Part shown: positions 9,312-18,763 of the stretch, one piece after another
Layout of the letters: every line of letters starts with the position of its first letter
Position numbering within the stretch: position 1 is the stretch's first letter
Source of the DNA: a phage
NCBI GenBank assembly: GCA_024875585.1
Contig: GCA_024875585.1_4107.1
Reading direction: 5' to 3' (one strand)
DNA length: 64,000 nt
The notes under the pieces: model-generated
Databases searched by the model: none
What the model was told of the DNA's origin: nothing
Seen by the model: the letters and a program-made list of their open reading frames with translations, nothing else
Program-made: the position numbers and the translations under genes

Positions 9312-9827
9312 ATGACACGCATTAACTTAGTACACGTTAAAGAACTTGCAGACCAACATCTGATGGCTGAATATCGTGAACTACCACGTGTATTTGGTGC
9401 TGTACAAAAACACGTTCAAGCATGTAAGCGTGTACGTGATTTCAAAATTAACAGTACTTATCTGTTAGGTTCAGGTCATGTGACATTCTTTTACGACAAG
9501 TTGCTGTACTTACAGAAGCGTCATATCGATATTGTCAACGAATGTTTGCGTCGTGGTATGAAGATTCAAAATACTGAAGTAAACGACATTAGCAGCTTCC
9601 CTGCTGAGTTTTGTAATGACTATGTACCATCGGAGTCAGAGATTGAAATGTCTCGTAAGCGTTTGATTGAGAAGCTTCAGATGAAGCCTACGTGGTATAA
9701 GTTTACTGATGTTGAATGTCCACAGTACGTTACAGATATGCTGAACGTAAGTAGTAAGTTCGAATATAGTACGGCTATGTTAGACGAAATTGAAGAACAA
9801 ATCAAAGATGAAATGAATAATTATTAA
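9312..9827 (+). CDS. denV: endonuclease V, pyrimidine-dimer DNA glycosylase/AP lyase
   Basis: [50 protein letters not shown] is near-colinear with T4 DenV as I recall it; about 35 extra acidic C-terminal residues. Confidence 0.92.
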   Translation: MTRINLVHVKELADQHLMAEYRELPRVFGAVQKHVQACKRVRDFKINSTYLLGSGHVTFFYDKLLYLQKRHIDIVNECLRRGMKIQNTEVNDISSFPAEFCNDYVPSESEIEMSRKRLIEKLQMKPTWYKFTDVECPQYVTDMLNVSSKFEYSTAMLDEIEEQIKDEMNNY

Positions 9828-9865
9828 AGGAAAGGATTGACTTCGGTCACATAAAGGAACATAAC

Positions 9866-10060
9866 ATGTTATTAGTATATTCAAAGCGTTTCTGGATTTC
9901 TTTTATTGTACTATCGCTAATCGGCTTCGGTGTGAGTATACTCTTTTCGTGGGATGAATTGGGCACATGGTATTATGAAGTCCCGTGGTACATGAAGATA
10001 GCTCCTTGTTACGCGGCATTGTTCGTATCATTCCTTATTGTTGTCTTCAGCGAGGATTAG
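9866..10060 (+). CDS. small membrane protein (64 aa)
   Basis: two hydrophobic runs; SD aaagga. Confidence 0.6.
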   Translation: MLLVYSKRFWISFIVLSLIGFGVSILFSWDELGTWYYEVPWYMKIAPCYAALFVSFLIVVFSED

Positions 10061-10112
10061 TTGATGTAGTATGTTCTACATCAAAAGTATTTGGATATTT
10101 GAGATATAAACA

Positions 10113-10141
10113 TTGACACATGTTCTATCTTTCTGTATTAT
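10113..10141 (+). promoter_or_regulatory. sigma70-type promoter
   Basis: TTGACA(10113-18)-17nt-TATTAT(10136-41) with upstream TG. Confidence 0.6.
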
Positions 10142-10167
10142 GTACATCACCAAATGAGGAATACAAC

Positions 10168-10527
10168 ATGGCATCTTTAAGTGAAATCGCGGAATACAAT
10201 CCACTAACAATCTCAACAATTCAACGTACAAAAACTTTTTATTTCCGTCCTGTTGATGGATGGAAACGTGGAATGAATAGTGACTATCGAGTACTGGAAG
10301 ATTCACTCATCGAGCGTATCAACTCTGAACTACAGAAGTATGAAGGTGTTAAAGTTGTACGTTCAACTTCTCGTTATTTTGAGTACTATATTGAGTCTTT
10401 AACAGTAAATGAAAACTCATCATCATCTGTGGATAACACTGATATTCTTCGTAATGCAGTTGGTCTGTTATGCAACATTGCAGAAGAAATGGGATTAACT
10501 ATCACAACAATGAGTGAAATAGAATAA
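10168..10527 (+). CDS. hypothetical protein (119 aa)
   Basis: ATG 10168 after tgaggaa; the track start 10120 lies inside the promoter. Confidence 0.75.
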   Translation: MASLSEIAEYNPLTISTIQRTKTFYFRPVDGWKRGMNSDYRVLEDSLIERINSELQKYEGVKVVRSTSRYFEYYIESLTVNENSSSSVDNTDILRNAVGLLCNIAEEMGLTITTMSEIE

Positions 10528-10529
10528 CA

Positions 10530-10567
10530 AAAAAGGGTTGACTTTAGTCAGCCCTTTTTGCTATAAT
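10530..10567 (+). promoter_or_regulatory. bifunctional terminator hairpin / promoter
   Basis: aaaagggttgac-ttta-gtcagccctttt; TTGACT(10538-43)-18nt-TATAAT(10562-67). Confidence 0.6.
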
Positions 10568-10595
10568 CATTTCATCAACTGATGAGGATAACGAA

Positions 10596-11369
10596 ATGAA
10601 CCGTACAGAGAAAGCACTCCAAATTGAAAAGAACTTCAACTCCATGATGGCAGCACTGGAATGTCTTCTTGATACACAAACTAACTCGATCAACTCGCTG
10701 ATCGTTTCTGGTAAAGGTGGTGTTGGTAAAACTTACAATGTTGACCAACGGTTACAGAAAGCTGATGACAACTTTGAAATCGACTACAAGAAAATCAGTG
10801 GTAAAGTAACTACTGTAGGTCTGTACGAAGCACTGTATCGTTCACGTCATGCTGCTTCAGTACTGTTACTTGACGACGTTGATATCTTCTCTGATGAAAC
10901 GAATATTGATTTGCTTAAAGCTGTATTGGATACTTCTGAGAAGCGTGTAGTGTCTTATGCTACATCTGCGAAGTACCTGGAACAGCAGGGTATCCCTAAA
11001 CAGTTTGAATTCCGTGGTAAAGTAATCTTTCTGACTAACAAAAATCTGTCACAGATTGCTAAAGGTAAAAGCAGTTTAGCACCACACATTGATGCACTGA
11101 TTACTCGTAGTATCTTTGTTGACCTGCAACTGTTCACCAACGAAGAAGTTATGATTCACATTGAGAATATCATGAACAAAACTAACATCCTTGAGAACAA
11201 TGGTGTTAACAAAAATGGTTGTAAAGCAATTTTGAACTGGATGTTGAGTAATGAAGATCGTCTGCGTTCACCTTCACTGCGTATGCCAGTACTGATCGCT
11301 GGACTGTATAATAAATTCCCATATGATTGGGAGTCAATGGCAGAGAATATGTTCCTTGAGAAAAATTGA
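10596..11369 (+). CDS. AAA+ family P-loop ATPase
   Basis: Walker A SGKGGVGKT, Walker B VLLLDDVD, sensor-1-like VIFLTN. Confidence 0.7.
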   Translation: MNRTEKALQIEKNFNSMMAALECLLDTQTNSINSLIVSGKGGVGKTYNVDQRLQKADDNFEIDYKKISGKVTTVGLYEALYRSRHAASVLLLDDVDIFSDETNIDLLKAVLDTSEKRVVSYATSAKYLEQQGIPKQFEFRGKVIFLTNKNLSQIAKGKSSLAPHIDALITRSIFVDLQLFTNEEVMIHIENIMNKTNILENNGVNKNGCKAILNWMLSNEDRLRSPSLRMPVLIAGLYNKFPYDWESMAENMFLEKN

Positions 11370-11425
11370 TCACGAGCATTAACCGAACTAACAATGTGTA
11401 GTATTTAATTTACTGGAGACACCCA

Positions 11426-11767
11426 ATGTGTGAGTTTTTTGAATCTAATATAATGCTTGGTATTACATTGATATACATGTATGTATTCTTGTTTTATCAT
11501 TCAATTGTAATTAGTCTTTGGTATTTTAAAAGGAAAATGGTTTTTAAATTATATTCATATGATAATGTATTCTTAGTTATATATAGTATCATACAAGGTG
11601 GGTTTGTTCTATTTGGTATTATGACGTATGTGATTTATAGATTACAAATTGATAACACACCATACATTACACAATATGTTGTGTTTTCAGGACTAATCGT
11701 ATGGTTATTGGTGTGTATAATTTATTTTATAATTAAAGCTCGTGATAAAATTAAAGGGGATTTCTAA
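11426..11767 (+). CDS. family D small multi-pass membrane protein
   Basis: MCEFFESNIMLGITLIYM..; tail ARDKIKGDF; first of 8 tandem paralogs. Confidence 0.8.
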   Translation: MCEFFESNIMLGITLIYMYVFLFYHSIVISLWYFKRKMVFKLYSYDNVFLVIYSIIQGGFVLFGIMTYVIYRLQIDNTPYITQYVVFSGLIVWLLVCIIYFIIKARDKIKGDF

Positions 11768-12105
11768 TGTTAGAATTTTTTAAATCAGATGTGATGCTTA
11801 GTATTACATTGATTTATATGTTTGGTTTTTTATTTTATCATCTACTAGTTGTAGTTCTATGGTATTTTAAAAAGAAAATAGTTTTCAAACTGTATCCACC
11901 TAGTAACATTTTATTGTTTCTTTACACACTTATTCAAGGTATGTTTGTTATTATTGGTGTTATCACACACTTAATCTATTGTTATAATCCACATTTAAAA
12001 TCAATAACACAATATATTGTTTTCTTTGGGTTGTTCATTTGGTTAATTATATACTTAATTGAACTCATTATTCATAGTAGAGAAAAAATTCGTGGAGACT
12101 TCTAA
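11767..12105 (+). CDS. family D small multi-pass membrane protein
   Basis: MLEFFKSDVMLSITLIYM..; tail SREKIRGDF; TAATG junction. Confidence 0.8.
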   Translation: MLEFFKSDVMLSITLIYMFGFLFYHLLVVVLWYFKKKIVFKLYPPSNILLFLYTLIQGMFVIIGVITHLIYCYNPHLKSITQYIVFFGLFIWLIIYLIELIIHSREKIRGDF

Positions 12106-12452
12106 TGTTTGAAGCTTATCTTGATTTTTTAAGAAATAGTCCAGTTGCACATTCACTTGCAGGAATTATACTAACAACTTATATCACATTTTGGGGAGTT
12201 ATGTTTCTAGGATGGTATTTTAAACGACAATTCTATAAACGTAATGGCGAACATTTTATGAATTCTGTCATTAATCAATCGTTGTTTGCATCAACATTTA
12301 TAGCATCTATTTTAGCCATACTCACAGGAAAGGTTCTGCCAGCGTATTCAGTAACTTACGGAACACTTTGGATGATATGTTTAACTTTTATATTGACCAT
12401 TAAAATTTGTTGTGTTATGATTGAACTTCGAAATAAGATACCGGAGGAATGA
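12105..12452 (+). CDS. family D small multi-pass membrane protein
   Basis: tail LRNKIPEE; TAATG junction. Confidence 0.8.
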   Translation: MFEAYLDFLRNSPVAHSLAGIILTTYITFWGVMFLGWYFKRQFYKRNGEHFMNSVINQSLFASTFIASILAILTGKVLPAYSVTYGTLWMICLTFILTIKICCVMIELRNKIPEE

Positions 12453-12787
12453 TGGAGTATTTTATTGATTTACTGCCGTGGTATATGAAAGTGAGTATTT
12501 TATACTATATTATTAGTACTGGATTCTACTTCCTGATGTGGTTTTTTAAACGACCAATTTCAGTGTACATTGCTAATAACATGCTGCAATTAAAATTACA
12601 CGCATGGTTTTTTATGGCGATGTTTATGCCTATTATTCACTACTCAATGATTAGTATAGGTTTACGTTCTAATGGTGAACCAATTGTATTAGTATTCTAT
12701 TGGGGTTCAACTATAGTATATTTCGGTTTGCTATTGTTCCCCATCATTCATAAATTACGTGCTAAAGTTCCTGATGCGAGGTATTAA
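12449..12787 (+). CDS. family D small multi-pass membrane protein
   Basis: tail LRAKVPDARY; ATGA overlap. Confidence 0.8.
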   Translation: MMEYFIDLLPWYMKVSILYYIISTGFYFLMWFFKRPISVYIANNMLQLKLHAWFFMAMFMPIIHYSMISIGLRSNGEPIVLVFYWGSTIVYFGLLLFPIIHKLRAKVPDARY

Positions 12788-13101
12788 TGGATATCGTAAC
12801 ATTGATCTACACGTTGTATTCATTCTATTTCATTATGTGTTGGGTTGGATTTTTATTTGTACTCAAGATGTTTGATTATGTTGAAAAACAGATAAAAGAT
12901 TTTTGTATTCCTTTTATCGGTTCAACCATTATTAGTGTTTCTTGTGTTTATTTTTTAGTGTTTGATCCACCAGATAACACTGCGATGATTGACTTCATGT
13001 TACTACCAACCACTGTAATTTTTTTATGTAGTCTGATGCCACCTATTAGTCGTGGATTAACTGAATTTAGACGCAAACAAAAGCGTAAAAGAGGGATGTA
13101 A
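12787..13101 (+). CDS. family D small multi-pass membrane protein
   Basis: tail EFRRKQKRKRGM; TAATG junction. Confidence 0.75.
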   Translation: MDIVTLIYTLYSFYFIMCWVGFLFVLKMFDYVEKQIKDFCIPFIGSTIISVSCVYFLVFDPPDNTAMIDFMLLPTTVIFLCSLMPPISRGLTEFRRKQKRKRGM

Positions 13102-13469
13102 TGGAAATTGCTCTTATTATCTTAACTGCTATGCTGTTTATTAGTACATTGGTTATAATTGGCAAATTCTTTTGTGTATCATTTTTAGAAACGGTATACG
13201 ATGAAATTGCTGATGATTATGAATTACACGCCGGATTTTTCATTACGTATTGGCTTAGTTTATTTTGTCTAGTCATTGTTTGGATTTTACATATCTTTAA
13301 ATGGGGTATGGTGGACGGTGATCCTATCATGGCAATTATTGTTCTAGTGTTTGGTATCCTAGGTGGTGCAGTACATAATATGATGGTTATTTGGCAAACT
13401 GTTCAATGTGTATTGGTTCCTTATTTCGAAAAAATGCACAGTACAATTAAAAAACGTAAACGAGGTTAG
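13101..13469 (+). CDS. family D small multi-pass membrane protein
   Basis: tail HSTIKKRKRG; TAATG junction. Confidence 0.75.
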   Translation: MEIALIILTAMLFISTLVIIGKFFCVSFLETVYDEIADDYELHAGFFITYWLSLFCLVIVWILHIFKWGMVDGDPIMAIIVLVFGILGGAVHNMMVIWQTVQCVLVPYFEKMHSTIKKRKRG

Positions 13470-13470
13470 T

Positions 13471-13833
13471 ATGAACGGGATTGAATTATCTTTCATTGGT
13501 CAAATACTAGTAATGGTGAATACTTTCTTTTTCTCACTTATTGCATTAATGTGCATTGGAAAGTATTTTCATAAACAACCATTCTCAAATTTATATGATG
13601 TAATAAAAAAGAAATATAGTCCTGCACATAGTGTACTTATTTGCAGTTTCAATTTTGGTTTTGTTGTATTAATAATTGGATTGTTAACATCAACGTCAAA
13701 TGTAATGATCTTCGGTCTTATGATCTGTTCATTGGTATTAGCAGTAATTGTATGTTGTTTAGTACTGCACCTTGTAGTACTATTATATATAAAGCTCGTT
13801 GAAATCCATCAACGTTTAGGTATGAGGAAATAA
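13471..13833 (+). CDS. family D small multi-pass membrane protein
   Basis: ATG 13471 right after previous stop (track start 13408 overlaps); tail HQRLGMRK. Confidence 0.75.
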   Translation: MNGIELSFIGQILVMVNTFFFSLIALMCIGKYFHKQPFSNLYDVIKKKYSPAHSVLICSFNFGFVVLIIGLLTSTSNVMIFGLMICSLVLAVIVCCLVLHLVVLLYIKLVEIHQRLGMRK

Positions 13834-13834
13834 T

Positions 13835-14206
13835 ATGAGTTACCGTGAGATATTTTCCATTATTTCAATTATTATGTTCAGTGCTGGGACATTGGTGTGG
13901 GTATTATATTTTTTCTGTGTATCACCAGTGTATAATATGTTATGTAATATTAAATCAAGTTCTGGATATATGACTTTTATGATCTTTATGGGATATTATT
14001 GTCTAAGCATTTTAGGTGTTGTTTTGGTTGTTATATTTGATGTAGGGCCAAATAAGGATGGTCTGAAAATGTATGAGTTAATAACTATGTTTGGGTGTAT
14101 GATACCAACTGCACTAATGTTTGTAGCTATTGGTGCTGGATGTATAAAGTTATACAATTATTTAAAATCCATTCATCATTCCATTCATAATAAACGTATG
14201 TCATAA
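13835..14206 (+). CDS. family D small multi-pass membrane protein
   Basis: tail HHSIHNKRMS; last of the array; hairpin ccagtact-gaat-agtactgg follows (14214-14233). Confidence 0.75.
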   Translation: MSYREIFSIISIIMFSAGTLVWVLYFFCVSPVYNMLCNIKSSSGYMTFMIFMGYYCLSILGVVLVVIFDVGPNKDGLKMYELITMFGCMIPTALMFVAIGAGCIKLYNYLKSIHHSIHNKRMS

Positions 14207-14247
14207 TAAAAATCCAGTACTGAATAGTACTGGACTAATAAGGAGTT

Positions 14248-14898
14248 ATGATGAAATCAAAATTAGGTTTGTTTTATGGAAACTACTTCATTAAACAGCG
14301 TAAATTCATAAAAAAATACTTCTCCACAGAGAAATCTAGTCCTATAATTTTTAAAAGACCAAAATATAATTTTTACTTAGCAGGTGCTAAACAGTCTAAG
14401 AAATTCATTACATTTTTAAATAAAAACAAAATTAAAGCTTCTTATGTTGAAACTAGAAAGAACTCATCGATAATTCCTGGTGATTTCATTGAATACGGAT
14501 GTTTCAATATTAAGTACAATGATAGCACATACTGTATGGATATTGATTGCAATACATCAAATCTTTTTAACATTGTAATAAATCCATCGAAACAATATAA
14601 TGTTTATGGTGATTCAATTATCAAATTAATAAAAAACAAAGATTGGTTTGATTTTGAAATAAATGTTTTAGATGAAAATTATGATGAAGTTCCAGTTAAC
14701 CCTGAAATATGTGATATATTAAACAGTTTAAAAGGTAGTAGCTACAATATACCATCTGATTTAATGTTTCAGTACTCTTTAATACATAAAGATATTGAAC
14801 ATTATATTGTGTGTGCTAAAATCTTGAATTATCTGTATGATGAATTTAAAATGAGTTCTAAAATAACAGCATATACTCTTTATAATATTTCTATATAA
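14248..14898 (+). CDS. hypothetical protein (216 aa), distant family B member
   Basis: SD aaggag; C-terminal SDLMFQYSLIHKD matches the family B xxxFQxSL(I/V)xxD core. Confidence 0.75.
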   Translation: MMKSKLGLFYGNYFIKQRKFIKKYFSTEKSSPIIFKRPKYNFYLAGAKQSKKFITFLNKNKIKASYVETRKNSSIIPGDFIEYGCFNIKYNDSTYCMDIDCNTSNLFNIVINPSKQYNVYGDSIIKLIKNKDWFDFEINVLDENYDEVPVNPEICDILNSLKGSSYNIPSDLMFQYSLIHKDIEHYIVCAKILNYLYDEFKMSSKITAYTLYNISI

Positions 14899-14908
14899 TT
14901 TAAAATAT

Positions 14909-14936
14909 TAAAGCCAGTACGAGAGCACTGGCTTTA
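14909..14936. terminator. bidirectional terminator between convergent genes
   Basis: taaagccagt-acgagagc-actggcttta, A/T runs on both sides. Confidence 0.6.
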
Positions 14937-14939
14937 ATA

Positions 14940-16085
14940 TTATTTTTTCCAAGGAAGTAACGAAGTTGGAATCTTGATAGGTATATTTGATGCAACAACA
15001 TCAGGAAAATTTGCATCTCCACAAACATACAAATTATCGATTTCGTCTATCAATAATGTATAGTTGTAACTTCTACAAAAACCACTTAAGACTCTTCCCT
15101 CTAATGCAGATAAATTCATTTCAGTGAATTGAGTGATATATGTTTCATTTGAACCAACACCACATTGACCATTAGCATTTATACCACAAGTAAGCAATTT
15201 ATTATTGTTTTGAATTACACATGATGGTCCAGCAAGGTTCGTACCTAGTTCACCTACAACATTAACTTCACCTTTTAATGATAAATTTGGGATCACTGTA
15301 CTCATTGGGACTCGAGATGTATTTCCGACACCTGCTTGCCCTGAGCCATTAGTGGATGCTACTTTAACAGTACCGTCATTAAGAAAAATATAAGATGTTT
15401 CGATTGTATTAACTGCTTGAGTAGCTGATGTTATTGACGTATCCTGTTTGAATTTAAGTACATTTGTCGTTGTTGAACCAGAGATAAATGTAGCACCTGC
15501 GTACCAATATGTTCCATCCTGGAGTACTAAACCAGTACTTCTAATTGAACACCCAGCACTTCGAACATTTTCTATATGACTATATGTAAAGGTTGATACG
15601 ATTGAAGATTCACCATTACCGAACACCCCACCAGTACCTGCACCACAGAAAAACCATTTACCGTTTTTCAAAAATACACGCATACAAGCAGAAATAACCA
15701 CACTATCAATATCACTTGCAGTTACACCAAAATCGGTAAAGAAATGAGTTATATCAATCCAATTACCACCAGTATTTGATGGGAGATGTGGAATTACAAC
15801 TCTAGTCCCTGTGTACCAGATTGTATCATCATCTTTAATAACAAGCGTACCTTGAACACCACCCCAATACCTGGTTACATTAGTATTAACAAGTGTCCAC
15901 TCATTAGATGATTCCGTTGAGCCATTACCACCTTGACCATATGATGATGAACCGCACCAGTATAAATTGCCATTTTTATTTAAATAAAATTTTGCATCAG
16001 CCGAACATTGTAATCTGTATTTGAATACAGTTTTTGGTGCTGGTGCAATATTTGCATACTTAATCATTCTTCCAAAAGGTAACAT
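14940..16085 (-). CDS. RCC1-like repeat (beta-propeller) protein, paralog 1
   Basis: N-terminus MLPFGRMIKYAN; repeats LYWCGSSSYGQGGNGS, WFFCGAGTGGVFGNGES, LLTCGINANGQCGVGSNE. Confidence 0.75.
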   Translation of the reverse strand: MLPFGRMIKYANIAPAPKTVFKYRLQCSADAKFYLNKNGNLYWCGSSSYGQGGNGSTESSNEWTLVNTNVTRYWGGVQGTLVIKDDDTIWYTGTRVVIPHLPSNTGGNWIDITHFFTDFGVTASDIDSVVISACMRVFLKNGKWFFCGAGTGGVFGNGESSIVSTFTYSHIENVRSAGCSIRSTGLVLQDGTYWYAGATFISGSTTTNVLKFKQDTSITSATQAVNTIETSYIFLNDGTVKVASTNGSGQAGVGNTSRVPMSTVIPNLSLKGEVNVVGELGTNLAGPSCVIQNNNKLLTCGINANGQCGVGSNETYITQFTEMNLSALEGRVLSGFCRSYNYTLLIDEIDNLYVCGDANFPDVVASNIPIKIPTSLLPWKK

Positions 16086-16151
16086 ATTTTCCTCCTTTAT
16101 TCATTATACTGTATTTAACCCAATTAAGAAAAGCCAGTATCAAGTACTGGT
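16086..16151 (-). promoter_or_regulatory. conserved upstream cassette (SD + TATAAT) plus terminator hairpin of the gene above
   Basis: minus-strand reading: ccagtacttgatactgg hairpin, ...cagTATAATgaataaaggaggaaaatATG; -10 at 16103-16108. Confidence 0.5.
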
Positions 16152-16157
16152 ATTTTA

Positions 16158-17507
16158 TTATTGTAATGGAATTTCAGTGAGTGTTTTATATGTACTTCCG
16201 TTATACACCCCTCTCCAATATACTTTACCATCAGTACTAACCACTAATAATCCATATGTTGTAAACCCAAGAGTACCACCAACATACATAGCATCTTTGA
16301 TTCTAATACCAATGTCTTCATATGTAAATGACGCGACTGCACCCGCTTGCCATGACGGACTAGCGTAGTAATCACTATAAACACCATGTGCTTTATATAT
16401 TGATGTTGTTCCTGGTTCAAAAATTACAGTTCCACAGTAGTTCATTCGTATTTTAGTACTGGATGAAGTTGGTACATTTATACCCACGTCATCTTTTATC
16501 CCTGTGGTTAGAACGTTAAAACCCCCCGCCACACGGTTGACATCATTCTCACCGATTGAATACATACCAACGTTGTAGCCCATATAATACACACTAGAAC
16601 TTCCATTCCAGAAAGAAAAACCACCACCATTACCACAGCGATATAGTTGTGAATTTGAGCAGTACATCATACCTTCGTTTGTTGCATCAAATTCATCTGC
16701 TGTTCCGATCACAGCCACTGTAGTCCATGTTTTAATCACTTGGTTTGCACTAGCGGGTTTTTGAATACCATATCGTATATTATATCCTTTACCGACTATT
16801 GTACCATCTTCTAATTTGGCATAAAGTACAGGTCTATTACCAACAAAATACATATTATTGTGTGACATGTCTATTGTACGTCTTAATGAAACTACTTTTT
16901 TTGTCAATTGATTATCTTTAGTAAAAGACGTAAAGTAGTAATCCGATGTTGAATTGTTTATTAAACCTTGTATTGACAACCCCATATACCAGATTTCTCC
17001 CTTACTATTCAAAGATGCCAAAATACAACTATATTTTGAAGTGTATGTTGGGTTTACTGAAGTTGCTGGTCCTTTGTCATATCCACCACAGAATACCATC
17101 TCCACAACTTCACCTACGTTAGCAAAATAAGAAGATACATTGATAAAACCATTTGTTATAAAAGGTGCTGTATTTATACTTGAATGTGTGAATATCCCAT
17201 TTGCATATACACCACAAAAATGATATGAACCATCATTATCTTGGACTATTATTCCATTTGATAGTAACCAAAAATTGTTTACATTTTTTCTTACTAATTC
17301 GATTCCTGCCCCATTAGTTGGCGTTATACCAAAAGAAACATATTTTGTTTGACCAATTCCATATAAATTTCCATTTGATGCTAATATTGCACCAAACCAA
17401 TTACCACCACCATTCTTGTTATGACCCATACCTATAGAATCAAATTTCTTAACAGTAGGAGCTTGTACTTTGTTCCCATAATTCACCATTCTTCCAAAAG
17501 GTAACAT
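16158..17507 (-). CDS. RCC1-like repeat protein, paralog 2 (most diverged)
   Basis: N-terminus MLPFGRMVNYGN; LYGIGQTKYVSFG, LYRCGNGGGFSFWNGSS. Confidence 0.65.
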   Translation of the reverse strand: MLPFGRMVNYGNKVQAPTVKKFDSIGMGHNKNGGGNWFGAILASNGNLYGIGQTKYVSFGITPTNGAGIELVRKNVNNFWLLSNGIIVQDNDGSYHFCGVYANGIFTHSSINTAPFITNGFINVSSYFANVGEVVEMVFCGGYDKGPATSVNPTYTSKYSCILASLNSKGEIWYMGLSIQGLINNSTSDYYFTSFTKDNQLTKKVVSLRRTIDMSHNNMYFVGNRPVLYAKLEDGTIVGKGYNIRYGIQKPASANQVIKTWTTVAVIGTADEFDATNEGMMYCSNSQLYRCGNGGGFSFWNGSSSVYYMGYNVGMYSIGENDVNRVAGGFNVLTTGIKDDVGINVPTSSSTKIRMNYCGTVIFEPGTTSIYKAHGVYSDYYASPSWQAGAVASFTYEDIGIRIKDAMYVGGTLGFTTYGLLVVSTDGKVYWRGVYNGSTYKTLTEIPLQ

Positions 17508-17573
17508 ATTTCCCTCCTTTATTCATTATACTATATTTAATACTAAAAGAAAAAGCCAGTATCAAGTACTGGC
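17508..17573 (-). promoter_or_regulatory. conserved upstream cassette + terminator hairpin
   Basis: ...aaatatagTATAATgaataaaggagggaaatATG (minus); hairpin gccagtatcaagtactggc 17555-17573. Confidence 0.5.
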
Positions 17574-17579
17574 ATTATG

Positions 17580-18689
17580 TCATTTTGGTAAATTAATTTT
17601 AGTAAAGACTGCAACATCCTCGATTGCACCAGGAATTGCGTAATACGATCCAGTACTATATACATCTCCGTCTTTGGTTAATATTGATGTTAAACCATCA
17701 CTAAAAAGAACATCCCTAATCTCACTAACTTCAACGGGTAATTGTAAATTAGTAGCACTATATATTGCACCAGTTTGAGAATTGTTTAATCCCAAACCAC
17801 GGTTCGCCCCAACACCCTTCTGATATGTACTAGTAATTACCATTTGTGTAGCAGTATTTAAGGCAGGTGAATTCGTCATAAACAACGGTGAACTATTAGG
17901 CAAAGTACTTGCAGGAACTGCACGAAATGTAGTTGTATCTGAACTAAGAAAGTTTGGCGTTTGACCACATACGAAATATGATGTACCATTATAGTAATTA
18001 AATGCATTACCACCAATGACTGCATCGATTACACCAGAGCTACGTAATCCCCACGTGTTAATTTGTGTTCGGTTCCCCGTGCCATGCTGACCCCTGTCAT
18101 TCCACCCAGAACTATATAACTTATTATCTAATGTAATATACATACTGTCATTTGCATTCGTCATTACTTTACGCACATTAGTAGCACATTGAGTTAATGT
18201 GTAAATTGATGATGAACCAATACCTAAAGCACCACGATATCCATTAGCTCCTGCACCATAGAGTACTGAACTAGTGCTAAGTACAAATATTAAACCATAC
18301 GAACATACAATATTAGCAATTTCACTCACTGGTATAGCACTGGTAAACCAATTAGTTCTTTCAACTAATACTGTGCTGTAAGAAGTAGTTGTAGACGATG
18401 TGAACCAATATGTTTCCCCTGATGTCCATATAGTATTATCATTTTTAATAATAACAAGTGCACGATCACCTACGAAAAAATTAGAAACATCTGCACTTAC
18501 TAATATCCATGAAGATACCGTGTTTTTATTACCATTTCCAGATTCACCACCTTGATTTCTACCTATGTAATATAAATCATGTGAATCAGTTAATAAGAAT
18601 TGACCCTGTGTAGATGCACCAACTTTAATTATATTTTTAGGACCAGGTACAATATTCCCATAATCAAACATTCTTACAAAAGGTAACAT
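17580..18689 (-). CDS. RCC1-like repeat protein, paralog 3
   Basis: start at MLPFVRMFDYGN (18689) as in paralogs; LYYIGRNQGGESGNGNK, LYGAGANGYRGALGIGSS, LYSSGWNDRGQHGTGNRT. Confidence 0.75.
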   Translation of the reverse strand: MLPFVRMFDYGNIVPGPKNIIKVGASTQGQFLLTDSHDLYYIGRNQGGESGNGNKNTVSSWILVSADVSNFFVGDRALVIIKNDNTIWTSGETYWFTSSTTTSYSTVLVERTNWFTSAIPVSEIANIVCSYGLIFVLSTSSVLYGAGANGYRGALGIGSSSIYTLTQCATNVRKVMTNANDSMYITLDNKLYSSGWNDRGQHGTGNRTQINTWGLRSSGVIDAVIGGNAFNYYNGTSYFVCGQTPNFLSSDTTTFRAVPASTLPNSSPLFMTNSPALNTATQMVITSTYQKGVGANRGLGLNNSQTGAIYSATNLQLPVEVSEIRDVLFSDGLTSILTKDGDVYSTGSYYAIPGAIEDVAVFTKINLPK

Positions 18690-18760
18690 AACTAAAATCT
18701 CCATATAATAATTATAATGTATTTACAAAAAAATACCAGTACGTATTTCAGTACTGGTAT
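18690..18760 (-). promoter_or_regulatory. upstream cassette + terminator hairpin
   Basis: minus reading gtaaatacatTATAATtattatatggagattttagttATG; hairpin ataccagtac-gtatttca-gtactggtat 18734-18760. Confidence 0.45.
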
Positions 18761-18763
18761 CAT

